Origin: Antedon mediterranea
Lineage: Eukaryota; Animalia; Echinodermata
Direction of reading: 5' to 3'
Length of the DNA stretch: 64,000 nucleotides
Assembly: GCF_964355755.1 (NCBI RefSeq)
Contig: NC_092679.1
Span: forward strand, 21,497,432-21,561,431
The notes beneath the pieces are model-generated. The model ran no database searches. It was not told where the DNA came from and saw nothing but the letters and a program-made list of their open reading frames with translations. The stretch's first letter is position 1, and each line of letters starts with the position of its first letter. Positions 51,811 through 64,000 of the stretch are shown here, in pieces. Position numbers and translations under genes: made by a program.

Positions 51811-54450
51811 TTAAGCATAGTAAAGTTCATTCTCAAATATCGGACAGTTGGTACCGTATTGCCACCGATGGCAAGTCAGTAAATATTCGAGTTGACTGGC
51901 TTCTTGATGTAGTATATTTATTTCAGCTTGTAAGTCCTTTTGTTTATCTTCCAGTTTTTCAGTTTCCTGTGTTAAAAAAATTAATAGTATAATATACAGT
52001 AGTAATAATATATAAAATATGATATGGTGAAGATTGTTTGCTATTAGCACGGATATTCAGAATTAATTATTAAGCCTACAACCTCCCCCCCCCCCCCCCC
52101 CCCCACCCACTATCCCCGCCCCGGACGAACACACAACCCAACCACAACAACTTTCTTTGCTCTTCTTACCATCTGTGTTATATCTGCTTGTGTAATTTGT
52201 AAAATGTATAGGCCTACGAATGATGATACGCGCGTCTAAAAGTTGTGCTGGTACAAGATAGAAGAAAAGTATTTACCAAAACAAGAGACATAACCTTTTC
52301 TCGGCGTTTGTTACGACTTCTTTGAGCCAACTCCCGATTTCTATTCCTTTTTAACTGCTTTCTTGAAACGGATTCCAAATTAGTCACCTTTTAATGACAG
52401 AAATATAATATGCAATCTGTAAGTAAATTTGACATATGAGACTCATTTTGACAGAAAGCTACGTGTTATACTTTGCGTATATAAGTGTCTATTCTAGTAC
52501 TTAATACCTGTAATGCTATGTTTTACACTATCAAACCAGTTTGCCAGAAAAAATGTGGTGTGCCCAAATATGGTAGTGATATGCTTAAACATGGTAGCGA
52601 TGACATGATCGTGCCCATATATGGGCACATCACACTTTTTTGTAAAAAAAAGTTTGATAGTGTAGACAGAGCTTTGGGATTTCGATACAATAGAAGTATA
52701 ATAAAACGTTAGTAATATTCAAACAAGTTCTAGATAATGTTGGAATGGTTAGACAAGCCTTCATTAACAACTCGAAGGCCCGCTTATTTTGAATCGGCAT
52801 TTATTTATCATATGCCATCTAGAACACTCTTTCAGAGTTATAGATTAAATTTTTATATTATATATATATTATATAGTTTTATTCAAATTCGATTAGCATT
52901 GAGTATCATTGTTAAGAGTTAATTTAATGTTTTATTTCAGGAAAGAAAATCTATGGATAGTATCAGTATTATATTATTTGCTCATTACTGTTTAGGCTCT
53001 ATGGAAAAAATCAGTAATAATCATTTGTTGATTTTTTTAATCATTAAAATATCATTTTCCCTTAAGCAATACTATGAATAAAATTATTTAAATATGTTCG
53101 TATTTAATAATTAATGGATTGTACAGATATACAAAAATAACAACGAATGTTGATATCTAATTCTAATATTTATAAATGCAAAAGTTTAAACTGGTGACGT
53201 TCAGTTGTTTCTTATAATAGGCCTATATTTTATATCGTATGTTAAGATTGGGACCCAACAGATAGGCGGGTGTCCTCTCTGAATAGGGGTGGCCGAGTTT
53301 TAAATTCCTGATTCATTTCACGAGAACAAGAGTGTCCCCTCAATAGAGGTGTCCCAAGGAAGGGTCTCGGTTGTTTGTATATTCCAGTTCAGTTATTGCT
53401 GTTTCGCTCCGCCGATTATTCTTGATTACCGTAGTAAGACCGGCAGCCCAGAGACATTTGGTTAGATGAGCTAGGTACCAATATCTGACTATTTAAGTGT
53501 GTTGGGGGTCACTTGAAGTAAATAAAAATGGGAGTCTGCCGGGTACCCCATGCTGCGTCTAGACCCAGGGGACCCCAAAAGGTGCTAACAAATCGGCCCA
53601 GGTTAGATGAGAGAGATACCACCTAATTTTACCACCATGGGATGCCCATTGGCATCCTTATACCAGTATCACAAACGACAGACTTTTTGTCCCGGCAGAC
53701 TCCCATTTTCATTGACTTCAAGTGACCCCCAACACACTTAACTAGTCAGATATTGGTACCTAGCTCATCTAACCAAATGTCTCTGGGCTGCCGGTCTATA
53801 GTGTATCCCGTGTCTGCCTCAAGAATTATTCATGAATCGCGCAAGCGCAATATAATAATATGAGTTTCACTCTCGAAAATCTTTACTTTATTATTTACAC
53901 GTTATCATATTTTTTTTTTAGGATATTTGTGTACATACATTATCATTTCCTATAGTTTCAATTAGTAAAAAAAAATCAACATTCGCAATTCATTGTTAAA
54001 TCAGATTTTTACATAATCCAATAACAACCACTACAGATAGTAGGCCAAAATGAGTAATTTAACAGTGGTATCAGGGAAGAGTGCAATTACACTCGTCCTG
54101 TGGTGGTGGTAGGCCTATAATATCGAACTTCAGCTAAGAGCGAATTTCATTATCACAGAATGCCCACAAATCAACCGTTTTGGAATTCTTGATTGATATG
54201 ATCAATTAATTACCGTATGTATTTATTTCATATTTTATACCAAAGTGACTCATCAGTGAAAAAAAAAAGACCTGTAGCCTATTGAATTAAATAATTTCCA
54301 TAAATTATATGAGATAGAAACAATATAATTTATGTAAACCATAAATAAAATTCGAATAATGGACTATATATTTACCTTTTCTATATTTGACTTATTCTTC
54401 AACTGTGTTTGTTTTTCCTGATCGTAGGTTTTCACTCCTGATTCAGACAT
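51811..54450 (-). CDS. Small bZIP transcription factor, ATF3/JDP2/BATF-like, ~113 aa
   Basis: Exons 54376-54450 (MSESGVK..IEK), 52277-52387 (basic region KRNRNRELAQRSRNKRREK VMSLVL), 51811-51966 (zipper ETEKLEDKQKDLQAEINILHQEASQLEYLLTCH..C); all phase 0. Confidence 0.82.
53436..53798. mobile_element. MITE with ~108-bp TIRs, possibly non-autonomous Academ
   Basis: Arms AGACCGGCAGCCCAGAGACATTTGG... near-perfectly inverted; right end CTA; TAGT on both flanks (4-bp TSD). Confidence 0.8.
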
Positions 54451-55792
54451 GGTTAATATGAGTATAATGATCAGAGTTTTGACGGAATATGAGATTAAAA
54501 CTAAAAAAATTAATAGGACCAGCGTTTCTTTACATAAACTTTGTACAGCGTATAATCATGTACTCGATAATTGGCCAATCTGATGCGGTAGAATTATTGA
54601 CATTTCTTTCAAAGATCATTTAAAGAAGCAGCCTATGAATATAGTGACGAGAGACATACCAACAAATGAACGGACGAAAAGAGGGAGGGACTGGTTACAT
54701 TAGTAACGTTGACTCAGTAGCATAATGTCCATTTAAAATCAGTACGCCTACAGGTTACTAATTTTAATTAGAGGTCATTTTGTCAAACTCGTCGCCCAGT
54801 CCTAATATAGGGACTTTACGAAATACGACGGGAAGCCATAGGACGGTGCTCATGAATAATTTATGCACGTAACCCCAAAGTGTTTCGTGTATTCTGCGAG
54901 TAAATTTGAGGAATAATTATCCTGAGTTCATACTGCCTGATTTAAAGAATAGCGGTTTATCCTCTATATATCTATCTATCCTCTATCGCGCGCATATCAC
55001 ATTATTACATTCGTGTTGCACAAGTAAGGAGGTAAGAGGAAGATGTTTTAATTAAATCCCTGTCAGCCAATGGATTTTTGGTTGAATTTTATATGAGAGA
55101 ACATATTTTGTTTCGTTTTTTTACGGAAGGGACCTATTCAAAGTCTGATTTAATTAATTTTTTTTTTCAGGACAATACATCTTTAATTCGAAAATAAGAC
55201 TAAATTCTTTTTGCAACAAAATGAGCAGAAACGATAACCAATAGGTATATTGACTTTATATAACAATATTATAATTTGGTTTTTTTTATGATATTATTTT
55301 CAATCAGAATTCAAAATAAGTCTATCAAAAATAATTATATGAATAAACAGGTGTTCTTTCAGAATTATTTTATTATGAGTTATTTTATTGCTTTTTTCTG
55401 TGTGGGCAAAACACTGTATATTATGATAATTGTTTTCAAATAATAATAGTTTCAGATTTTATAGATTATGAAGAAAAAGCTTGGTAAATTTATGCTGTTT
55501 GGGCTTTCCCCCTGAAAACAATAATTTCCTAAAATTCTGATTCTATTTTTTATTTCTTGCGACTACAGAAAATAAACTTTACTCTGTAAAGCTCTGTCTA
55601 CACTGTCAAACTATAGTTTGACCAAAAAAAGTGTGATGTGCCCAAATATGGCAGTGTATGTCCAAATTCGGTAGTGATATGACATCATCATGTCCATACA
55701 TGGGCACATTTTTTTGTCACATAAATGTGTTAGTAAGTGTAGTCAGAGCTTACGATCTCTGCAATATTGTATATATAATATAAATAACAATT

Positions 55793-55837
<45 letters not shown>

Positions 55838-56024
55838 CAATGATATTGCGTAGCACTGTGTAAATTATATATATATATATATTTAACCATTCCTGCTTTG
55901 TACCCCATAGCTTTTGGAGGCGTGCCTTTATAACTATGCCTTTTGTTTGTTAACATCTTTGATTGGCTGATTTGTTATTATGTAATTTTGTGACTTATAT
56001 ATGTTATCCTTTGTTACAATTCTC

Positions 56025-56063
56025 TTCACCTGATGATGGGCTATGCCCGAAACATGTCGTAAA
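56025..56063 (+). ncRNA. Minimal type I hammerhead ribozyme motif
   Basis: TTCAC-CTGATGA-T-GGGC-TAT-GCCC-GAAA-CATG-TC-GTAAA: intact core, 4-bp stem II, palindromic ACATGT stem III, stem I with one mismatch. Confidence 0.75.
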
Positions 56064-56173
56064 AATAAATCTATATTGAGGCAGTTTTAACTTATTTGAT
56101 CTTGATTTTTTTCTATATCCTGCCTATGCAGCTCTTTGATTTATATATATATATATCGAACAATACCATGAAA

Positions 56174-56245
56174 GCCCCGGTGGTCTAATGGTTAGGACAT
56201 CTGCATATCAAGCAGACGGTCCGAGTTCGAGTCTCGGTTGGGGCG
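56174..56245 (+). tRNA. tRNA-like cloverleaf, anticodon ATC (Asp-like); tRNA gene or SINE head
   Basis: Acceptor GCCCCGG/TTGGGGC, D arm GTCT-AATGGTTA-GGAC, anticodon arm TCTGC-ATATCAA-GCAGA, T arm CCGAG-TTCGAGT-CTCGG, G73, followed by T5. Confidence 0.7.
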
Positions 56246-56506
56246 ACTTTTTCTCATTCTCACAGATTTCCTCATCTTTATCGTTTCAAATTAATTAATT
56301 AAATTTCAGTATGTCACCGGGCGGTTTAGAATTAATGTTCTGTGCCTGATTTGTTTATATATATATATATATATATATAAATCCAAAGGCAAATTACTGA
56401 AAAGAAATGACAATGCTGTGGGTATCAGTGGCTGGATCTCAATGGAGATACAAAAATAAAAAGCGAAAAGCTAAATCAAAACGATAAAGTAAACAGCCAG
56501 AAAAGT

Positions 56507-56547
56507 TAGCAGAGCTTTCGGGCAACACTAGCCCTTCATCAGTGCTA
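56507..56547 (-). ncRNA. Minimal type I hammerhead ribozyme motif
   Basis: Minus strand TAGCA-CTGATGA-A-GGGC-TAGTGTT-GCCC-GAAA-GC-TC-TGCTA: perfect 5-bp stem I, 4-bp stem II, palindromic AGCT stem III. Confidence 0.8.
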
Positions 56548-56943
56548 TATATATACTGCTATGCTATATATATCTTTAAAGTGAGGACCAGCAGTCGAAA
56601 GTTTTCAAATGCATTTTCGAGTCTCGATCCGCTTTGTGCCAGCTCGGAATACAATTAAACTGTTATGCATTTAAAAAGGGGAATTTTAAAAATTTAAATC
56701 GTGGTATTTTTAACAAAAAAAAAAAAATAGAAGAATTGAACGAAAGCGAAAGTGCTTAAAATTGATATAAATATTGGGCTGTTGTAACAGAAATATCGTT
56801 GTTATGATGTGTGTGGCATCTATAGGCTTTTGGACAATAGGTTTAGTTGATGTCCTTGGGTACAGATTATACAGAGAACAGCCCGACCAGCACCCAACAC
56901 CCCCTCTCCCCCCACTTTCCCTTTCTCCGATGTTGTCATTATT

Positions 56944-57246
56944 GGCTGTGTTTCCGCAACCAAAATAAAGTTATCGGTAAATTTTTTAACCAATCAGATG
57001 ATTAATTAAAAAATAAAGTGCGCATGATCAGCCAGTATCACGCAACAAAACAATTTGTCCCCCAGGTCAAAGTTTAAACATTATCATTATCCGATAATTA
57101 TCCGATTTGAATGAAATAATTATCGGGTAATTTTTCGAGTAGAATCGGTTAATCCTCGTTTTCCACGGGCAGTTTATCGGTTAATTTGTATCGGTTAAGT
57201 ATCGGTTAATTTGTATCGGTTATTTTTTGGCTGTGGAAACACGGTC
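56944..57246. mobile_element. MITE with internal TATCGGT repeats
   Basis: Imperfect TIR GGCTGTGTTTCCGCAACCAAAA / TTTTGGCTGTGGAAACACGGTC. Confidence 0.6.
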
Positions 57247-58018
57247 AATGTGTTTATTTTGAGCCATAGAATGAATTCTCGTCGATTTGAAGTTTCAAGC
57301 CCCCTAAGCCTAATCTAATCGAACAAACATCAGGAGAAATTTCTTCTTTCCCGGCCCCGGTTACACAAGAGAGACACTCATCACATGAGCACTTGATTTT
57401 CACTAGGATGCCACGCAATGGCGTAAACGCATTAATTTGACCAATCGTAAGCGATGGATTTTTGTCATCATATAGAAGGAACGTTACGCAAAAAAATTAT
57501 CGTTATGCAATTTAATATTACTAATTACGTTACAAATACAAAATACTGTATCAACAAAATCAAATTGTGCATGGTTTTAACGTTTTTATTTTTTTTTTTT
57601 TTTTCAAGAGCTTATCAACAGTAAAAGAACAGTGTTCTTCTTTGACGTTAGATTTACTGCCTGCTGATAGGCACACAATGAATATGAGAGTGTCGCATAA
57701 TAAACACAGTATTATTTACACATATTTAACTATGTCTCCCACCATTCTCTTCTCTCCAAAAATGTCTCAAAAATACCATTCAGTCACCTTAGGCTATATC
57801 CCAGATTTATAACAGTGAAAAATCACTATACATTATAGTATTATTTCTCTCGTTGCGCAGCTGTAAGTTGTGTAATTAATCATTTATTAGAATAATAAAG
57901 TGTAGGTTTGTAGGTTAAATGTTATTAAATATATTAATTATTATTCATAAAAACAGATACGTGTATTCTCGTTTTTAACGATGTTGTTTGCATTTTAATG
58001 CGATGGTCTTTTTTTTGG

Positions 58019-59488
58019 TCACCGTCTACCTAGGACTTGCTTGCAGACTTCCCAGGTGGAGGGTGAAACCAGATGACTCCCTTGGCATCCTCTGATGCAT
58101 ATGATTGGTCGAATGCCTTGAAGTACAGCCGAGCAGGCGAAACATTCTCTGGGACATACATCGGCCGCTCGCTTCGAGTTTTCATACAAGCCTAACCCTC
58201 TCTCAGCTGGATTTAGATCATTGCTGTCCGGCGTAGGGATTCCGTTTAGTAGACGAACAAACATTGCGTTCTCTCTAGAAAAGTCTTCATTTGTGGGTAA
58301 CATATCAGCTATCTGTAAACACGTGTAGAATAACGTTGTGAACAGCATCACCTGAAAGAGATGAATAAAAACAATAATATAAATAAAAAACTGACAAGAT
58401 GGAATACAAATAAATGTAAAAGATTTAATGTTACTGACGAAGTTGATCAAATTAACAAAATTGTGATAGGCCTAATAATGAAAATAATATATGATGAGTT
58501 TATGGTGATGACATGAAAGATGATATTAATGTGAATAAAAAAGAGATAACATTCATTCATATTCATTCATTCATTTATAATTTGTTGTATTAATATTTCA
58601 TAGGCAACCAACAGCGAGTAACAACATAATGGATAAATTACTATTCATCGTGCTTAAGTCTCATTCGAGGCTTAGGCAGTGAAATCGGAAGAGTTGTGAG
58701 TTACAATTACCTAGTGCCAGGGTTGTAGCCTAACTCACGACTCTTACAATAATTCCATTTCCTAAGAAATCATTCATTCATTTCAGCCATTATCAGTCCC
58801 CACTGCAGACAGACGACGGCTGAACCCATCCTTTCCTTCAGTGATGACAAAAATACGTCAGTCTCGTTTCTCCATACCTCCGCCAGAATTATGGTGAGAT
58901 GTAGTGTGGTTGATCGCATGTGTTTTGTCTATGTGTATGTGTTTGTTTTTTCTTTCTATATCATATATGTGTATAGTTACCAACTCAAAACGTTATTGCC
59001 CGATTGTCATGAGTTGTTAAAGGATGGTTCCCTAGCTGTATGGGAGCACGTCATTAAATGTTCATATGCCTAGACGGAGGTGGAGGTTTGCCCTTCTCTA
59101 AGTACCCTTCTAATAGTTATCTTTGATTTTTGTTCTTCTTCGGTCTCATTCTCATGGCGAAGTGTCCTACCCATATCAATTTCTTGATTTTTTATTTTAG
59201 TCTTATAGATTTAAATTCCAATGTCATTGTCAGTGCAACATGTTCACACTGATAATAACGCTATAGATGATAAGCGTGTGCAAAGTTATTGAAGCAGGCG
59301 CGGATCCTATAGAGTTACATAAACCATACTATGGGTAGGAGGTGGGAACATGGGCATCAGTATCGGTGGGTATAAAAAAGAAATGAAAAAGGCAATGAAC
59401 GATTTCATTATTGATCGGACGCGCGCATTGATATGACGCGGGTCGATTCTCCACAACTTCAGGCAGTGAATTAGCTTACCACGATCAT
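58019..59488 (-). CDS. Secreted six-cysteine peptide hormone precursor (eclosion hormone / synenkephalin-like)
   Basis: Main exon 58019-58351 after acceptor CTCTTTCAG; candidate start exon 59480-59488 (ATG ATC GTG|GTAAG). Hydrophobic N-terminus, acidic spacer, KR site, 46-aa peptide with C-x3-C-x2-C-x11-C-x3-C-x13-C, then G-RR-stop. Confidence 0.8.
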
Positions 59489-62400
59489 TCTTCGTGTTAA
59501 TTTATTTCTGTTTCTTTTTTTATTTGTTGCTGTTTTTGTCATAATCTATAATTTTAAATGACCATAGCAAAGATTGCGACAATACATTATTTTTAGAAAC
59601 CATCAATGTGTAAACTCAACGTGCGGTTTTAACTCGATTTTATGACCGCCCTGGCGTGCCATAACTGTCCCTGTCAGACGTGATGCTTAATTTTTTTTTT
59701 CAAACCATGAAAGTAAGCCTAAGGATGTAATTCTCCTTCATGTGTCTTCTCCATCTTACTATAATAAGATCAATATATGCGCTAAACCTTTAAATAAAAA
59801 AGGTAATAAAAATAGCCAATTCAACAATTAAATAAATTGTATTAGATGTCATATGGGCATTCAACTTTTCTGTATTACCAAGTACAGAGCAGAGATTATT
59901 ATCACAGCCTTTTATGTCCAGATTTAATTAAAAATACACCTCAATTAAAAATCTAATAATACACACATAACATATTCGTTATTTCCATAATTAAGCTTGA
60001 TTTTGAAAAATCAATGCGTGTTGAATATTCTGTACTTAGGTAGGAAATATGACAATGTTCATATTTATAGCTTGTTGGTTAATTTACTCGGTTCAAATCC
60101 TTCAGTCGTCAAAATTATTTTCTCGTGACATATCAACTCCACTGCAGATATCGATACTGATGTACAATTGTTTTTAATATAGTCACATGTGTATCACATG
60201 TGTCGCCAAGCTTAAACTCTAATATACTATACACGAAATGCATTTTGTTACATTGTATTATACATACTCTTCCAAATACGTTACTATGTCAAGTAGAGAT
60301 ACAGTCAGAATATCGGGTGCTAAGGCTAATTCTTGGTCCGGTTCCCACATGACGCGACGCAATGACGTAAGCGCATTATAAGCGATGTATTGACCAATGA
60401 CAAACTACAATGCAAAAAAAAACGTGTAATATTGTGGAAAAACTCGCTAGATAGCCTATAATTCCTCTAAGTATCAAATTCAGAATCTCTTGATATTCTT
60501 GCTTTAGGCTTAATCTTTGTTTCGCCACGTATACCACCCTCGAGGCACCAATCCACCCACTGAGAACAGTATTAAACGATTCGAATAATTTGGAGACGAT
60601 TTATCCAAATTTAACTTTAATTTGATGATTAATTATTTTAAATATGAAACTAATACAATTATCACTAATCGATATTTATCATTCCACACATTTAAACCTA
60701 TTGATATTAGGTTAATGTTAATGTGGAATTACTCTAAATTTATAGGGAAGTCAGTAAAATGGTCATGAATATGCATGAATATGTATATGAATATGCATGA
60801 ATATGTATATACAGTATTTACGTATCTTTTTGATTACTTAAAAATTTTCTTTGGAAGTTAGAGAAAAAATTAAAAATAAAAATAAAATTGCCTTCTGCGA
60901 GGGAAACAAATTAGATATAAAGTCATAATATATTTACGACCTCAAAATGAATTATAGATATTGTAATAAATGGTTATATTTGCAATATATCAATTTTAAC
61001 TATAATGTCGATAAAAGACGTTCTATCGTTTTTATTGTTGTTATAATATAATTGTATAACTTTACCAATTCAATTTTTCACTCACGTGATTGTTACATTT
61101 GCTAAAGCTCTGTCCACACTATCAAACTAGTTTGACATAAAAAACATAATGTGCCCAAATATGGTAGGCCTATAGTGATATGCCTAGTATTAGTAGTGAT
61201 ATGACATCATCATGTCCATCACATTTTTTGTCACATAAAGTTTGATAAGACAGAGCTTTATAGATGGATGTTGGCTATAACAGTAAAATTATATTTTGAA
61301 CACCAACCAAATTCTGATTGTGTCGAGTTTTTTTAGTCGTCTCTCTCAAATTGCCAAGATTACTATGGATTAACAATCATGTGTATTTGTGGAAAAGTTT
61401 AATCGAATTTCAATTTAAAAATATAAAGAAATTAATTTGGCCTGGTCGTCCTTATCCAATAATGTAGGACAAATTATAAAAATGCATTTAGAGTTAAATA
61501 TTAAGTGGTGGCCATGTTGTTCGTTTTCTTTATTATATGTTTCTATTTATTTCATGTCGTACCGCGCGTCACGTAAATCTCAGATAATTACGACGCTATA
61601 ATTTCCGGATTTAAAAAAAAATGAAAAGGTTACCATAGATATGGAAACACATATATAGCGGAAAGTGTGTAGAACACAATGAACCGCCATTTATATTTTA
61701 TGATAATTTAAAACATTTGATATGTGTTTAATATAAAGGACTGTTTCAATACAATATTTGTATATAGGCCTTACAATTGATTTATATTATTTTATTTAGG
61801 CATATTGCCAAGTAAATTTAATTCACCCTTCCGATAGGTGGCATCTATTCACACGACATACACTTCATTCATGATACTTAAATAGTTAAGCTTGGTTCCC
61901 ACCAGGACGCGCAACGGAAGGACGTAAGTGCAACGCAAGCGAGTTGACCAATGACAATAGAGCCACATGTGTGTCCTGTTGTCGCTGCTGTAAATGTCGA
62001 CCAACTTAGTTTAATCTTAAATTATACACATTTATAAATTACTATTTACTATATTTAAATATTTATTATAATGTTATTAACTTTTTCATTTATCATTGTG
62101 CAATTTGGGATTGGACCGTTCTAGAGGTGTTTACCCCCTGTTGGTCCCATCCGTCACTGAATGTACTCTGTTCTTTATATATGTTATGTCTTTTTCTTGC
62201 TTTGTATCTACATTTTTGTGAGAATTTGAATAAACAAAATAAATAAATAAATAAAAAAAATTATCGCTTTACATTCAGGACATACAGTCGGCAATCTATA
62301 AAGGGAACAGCTTCGGGTCTCATTTTTTTAAACATAAGCATAGAGTTCATTTGTTTCCCCTGGCTTCAATAGGGTATCCCAACGGAAGCGTTTACTTTTA

Positions 62401-64000
62401 AAAGTTTAATTATACTATAATTTTTGTAATTTTATAAAAATTGGGGAAATTTTATATACGGCAAAGTAAAATAGGAAAATCAAAGCCAATCAAATAAAAG
62501 TGTCTTAAATCTAATATTGTATAATCAAATATAAAGAGATTGTTTATTTTTAAAAGGCTTAAGTTATCTATCAATCTGGGTGTGTATTTTACAAAACGAT
62601 ACAGTTTATGCTTTTCCATATGTATCTCAGTAATAATATGAATATTATCACTTAACAATTAATAGATGCACTATAAGCTGGACCTAAAGTCCGCTGGGAT
62701 TTTAACGTGTCTTATATTTGCAATGCTATGTATATTCATATTTTACTCGTAATTATATCGTATCTCAATAGATTAAAAATAGTCAATGCAATACACATTC
62801 TAATCAGCATTACCTTATTAGGCCTACTGTTGCTTTTTTCAAATCACATTTTTTGTAATTTTCTTAGGATCATTTCAGAAATATTCTACTGTAGTTATTG
62901 TAGTATTAATAGGTCCATGATTATAGTAACTATATAGTTCTCACTGTAATAACACAGGGTTTTAGTTTGTTTGAATAAAGAGTAAACATATAGTGTTAAA
63001 CCAGTACAATATGTTGACATGGTCCTATTAAAGCTCTGTTTACACTATCAAACTAGTTTGACAAAAATAGTGTAATGTGCCCAAATATGGTATAGTGATA
63101 TGCCCAAATATGGTAGTGATATGACATCATCATGTCCATATATGGGCACATCACATTTTGTTGTCACATCAAGTTTGATAGTTTAGACAGAGCTTTACAT
63201 TCAATAACATAACGTTAAGCTCTGTCTACACTATCAAACTAGTTTGACAAAAAAAAGTGTGATTTGCCAAAATATGGTAGCGATATTCCCAAATATGGTA
63301 GTGATATGACATCATCATGTCCATGGACACATCACATTTTTTGTCACATAAAGTTTTAATTTTCTTAATAAAAAAATTAGGTATTTTTTATCTTACTTAT
63401 TGTGCTAACGATATTTGAAATAATCAACTGAATTGAACCACGTCACATGTATTCGATTTTGTTTTTAGATGAATGTGGTCTAATAAAAACGAAAAGGAAA
63501 GTTATCATTCATCCAGGCAAGCTTCTCGACTTTTATGGTAGGAATATTTCAAACTATTATAATCTTTTTAAACACTATCTGCCATTTTTTATACTTACAA
63601 TATTATATGTATTCATCTTTTCTATTGATTGATTGTAGACCTCTAATGAAACTTTTTTCCCAGTATTTATTCAGTATTTTATTATTCAACTTCTGTTTTT
63701 TTTCAATAATAGTCAGTATAATTCAATTAATAGTCATTATTTTTGTATTTTTTTTATTTATCATTACTGTTAATAATCAATGTATATATTTTATAATTAA
63801 TATTTTTGTCAAAATCACTGCACTTATACACGTTATTTATGGTTATTATTATGAATTTACGATAGATTGAATAATGTTCACAAAAAACAGATATAAATTA
63901 CCGTAGATTCAGTTTAGAGAGATTTACTGTATGGAAAGAATTTGTTTTTTTAAACTAAAATAATCAGTAATGATGTACTTTCCATATTAGTATTAGTTTC

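Noticed and set aside
52170-52187. 18-nt microexon (ADITQM) for the bZIP hinge
   Set aside because: Its acceptor would be AA, not AG; extending exon 2 to the GTAAAT donor gives VMSLVL with the correct leucine register.
60500-64000. Short hydrophobic ORFs near the window end
   Set aside because: I/F/L/Y-rich translations expected from AT-rich non-coding DNA; no domains or consistent splice structure.

Overview
AT-rich, intron-containing animal genomic DNA, probably a marine invertebrate deuterostome such as an echinoderm (inference from gene and repeat content). Gene models were built by hand from GT-AG junctions and reading phase. In order: (1) the decayed 3' half of an Academ-like DNA transposon; (2) two tandem paralogous (MAM)-CUB-MAM-ZP-transmembrane genes (+); (3) a C2H2 zinc-finger/AT-hook locus (-) in which shared small 5' exons can splice in frame to either of two giant paralogous terminal exons; (4) a non-autonomous and an apparently intact autonomous Mutator/MULE element, a foldback element and a Helentron/DINE-like element; (5) a tandem duplication of an MFSD6-like transporter, each copy with a different lesion, carrying a 5S-derived SINE and a Penelope element with a nested LINE fragment; (6) a small ATF3/BATF-like bZIP gene (-); (7) a (TA)n-anchored cluster with two minimal hammerhead ribozymes around a tRNA-like unit with an ATC anticodon; (8) a secreted six-cysteine peptide precursor (-) resembling both eclosion hormone and the N-terminal synenkephalin domain of vertebrate opioid precursors. 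Many MITEs are interspersed. The best leads are the peptide precursor, the swappable zinc-finger exons and the ribozyme/tRNA cluster.
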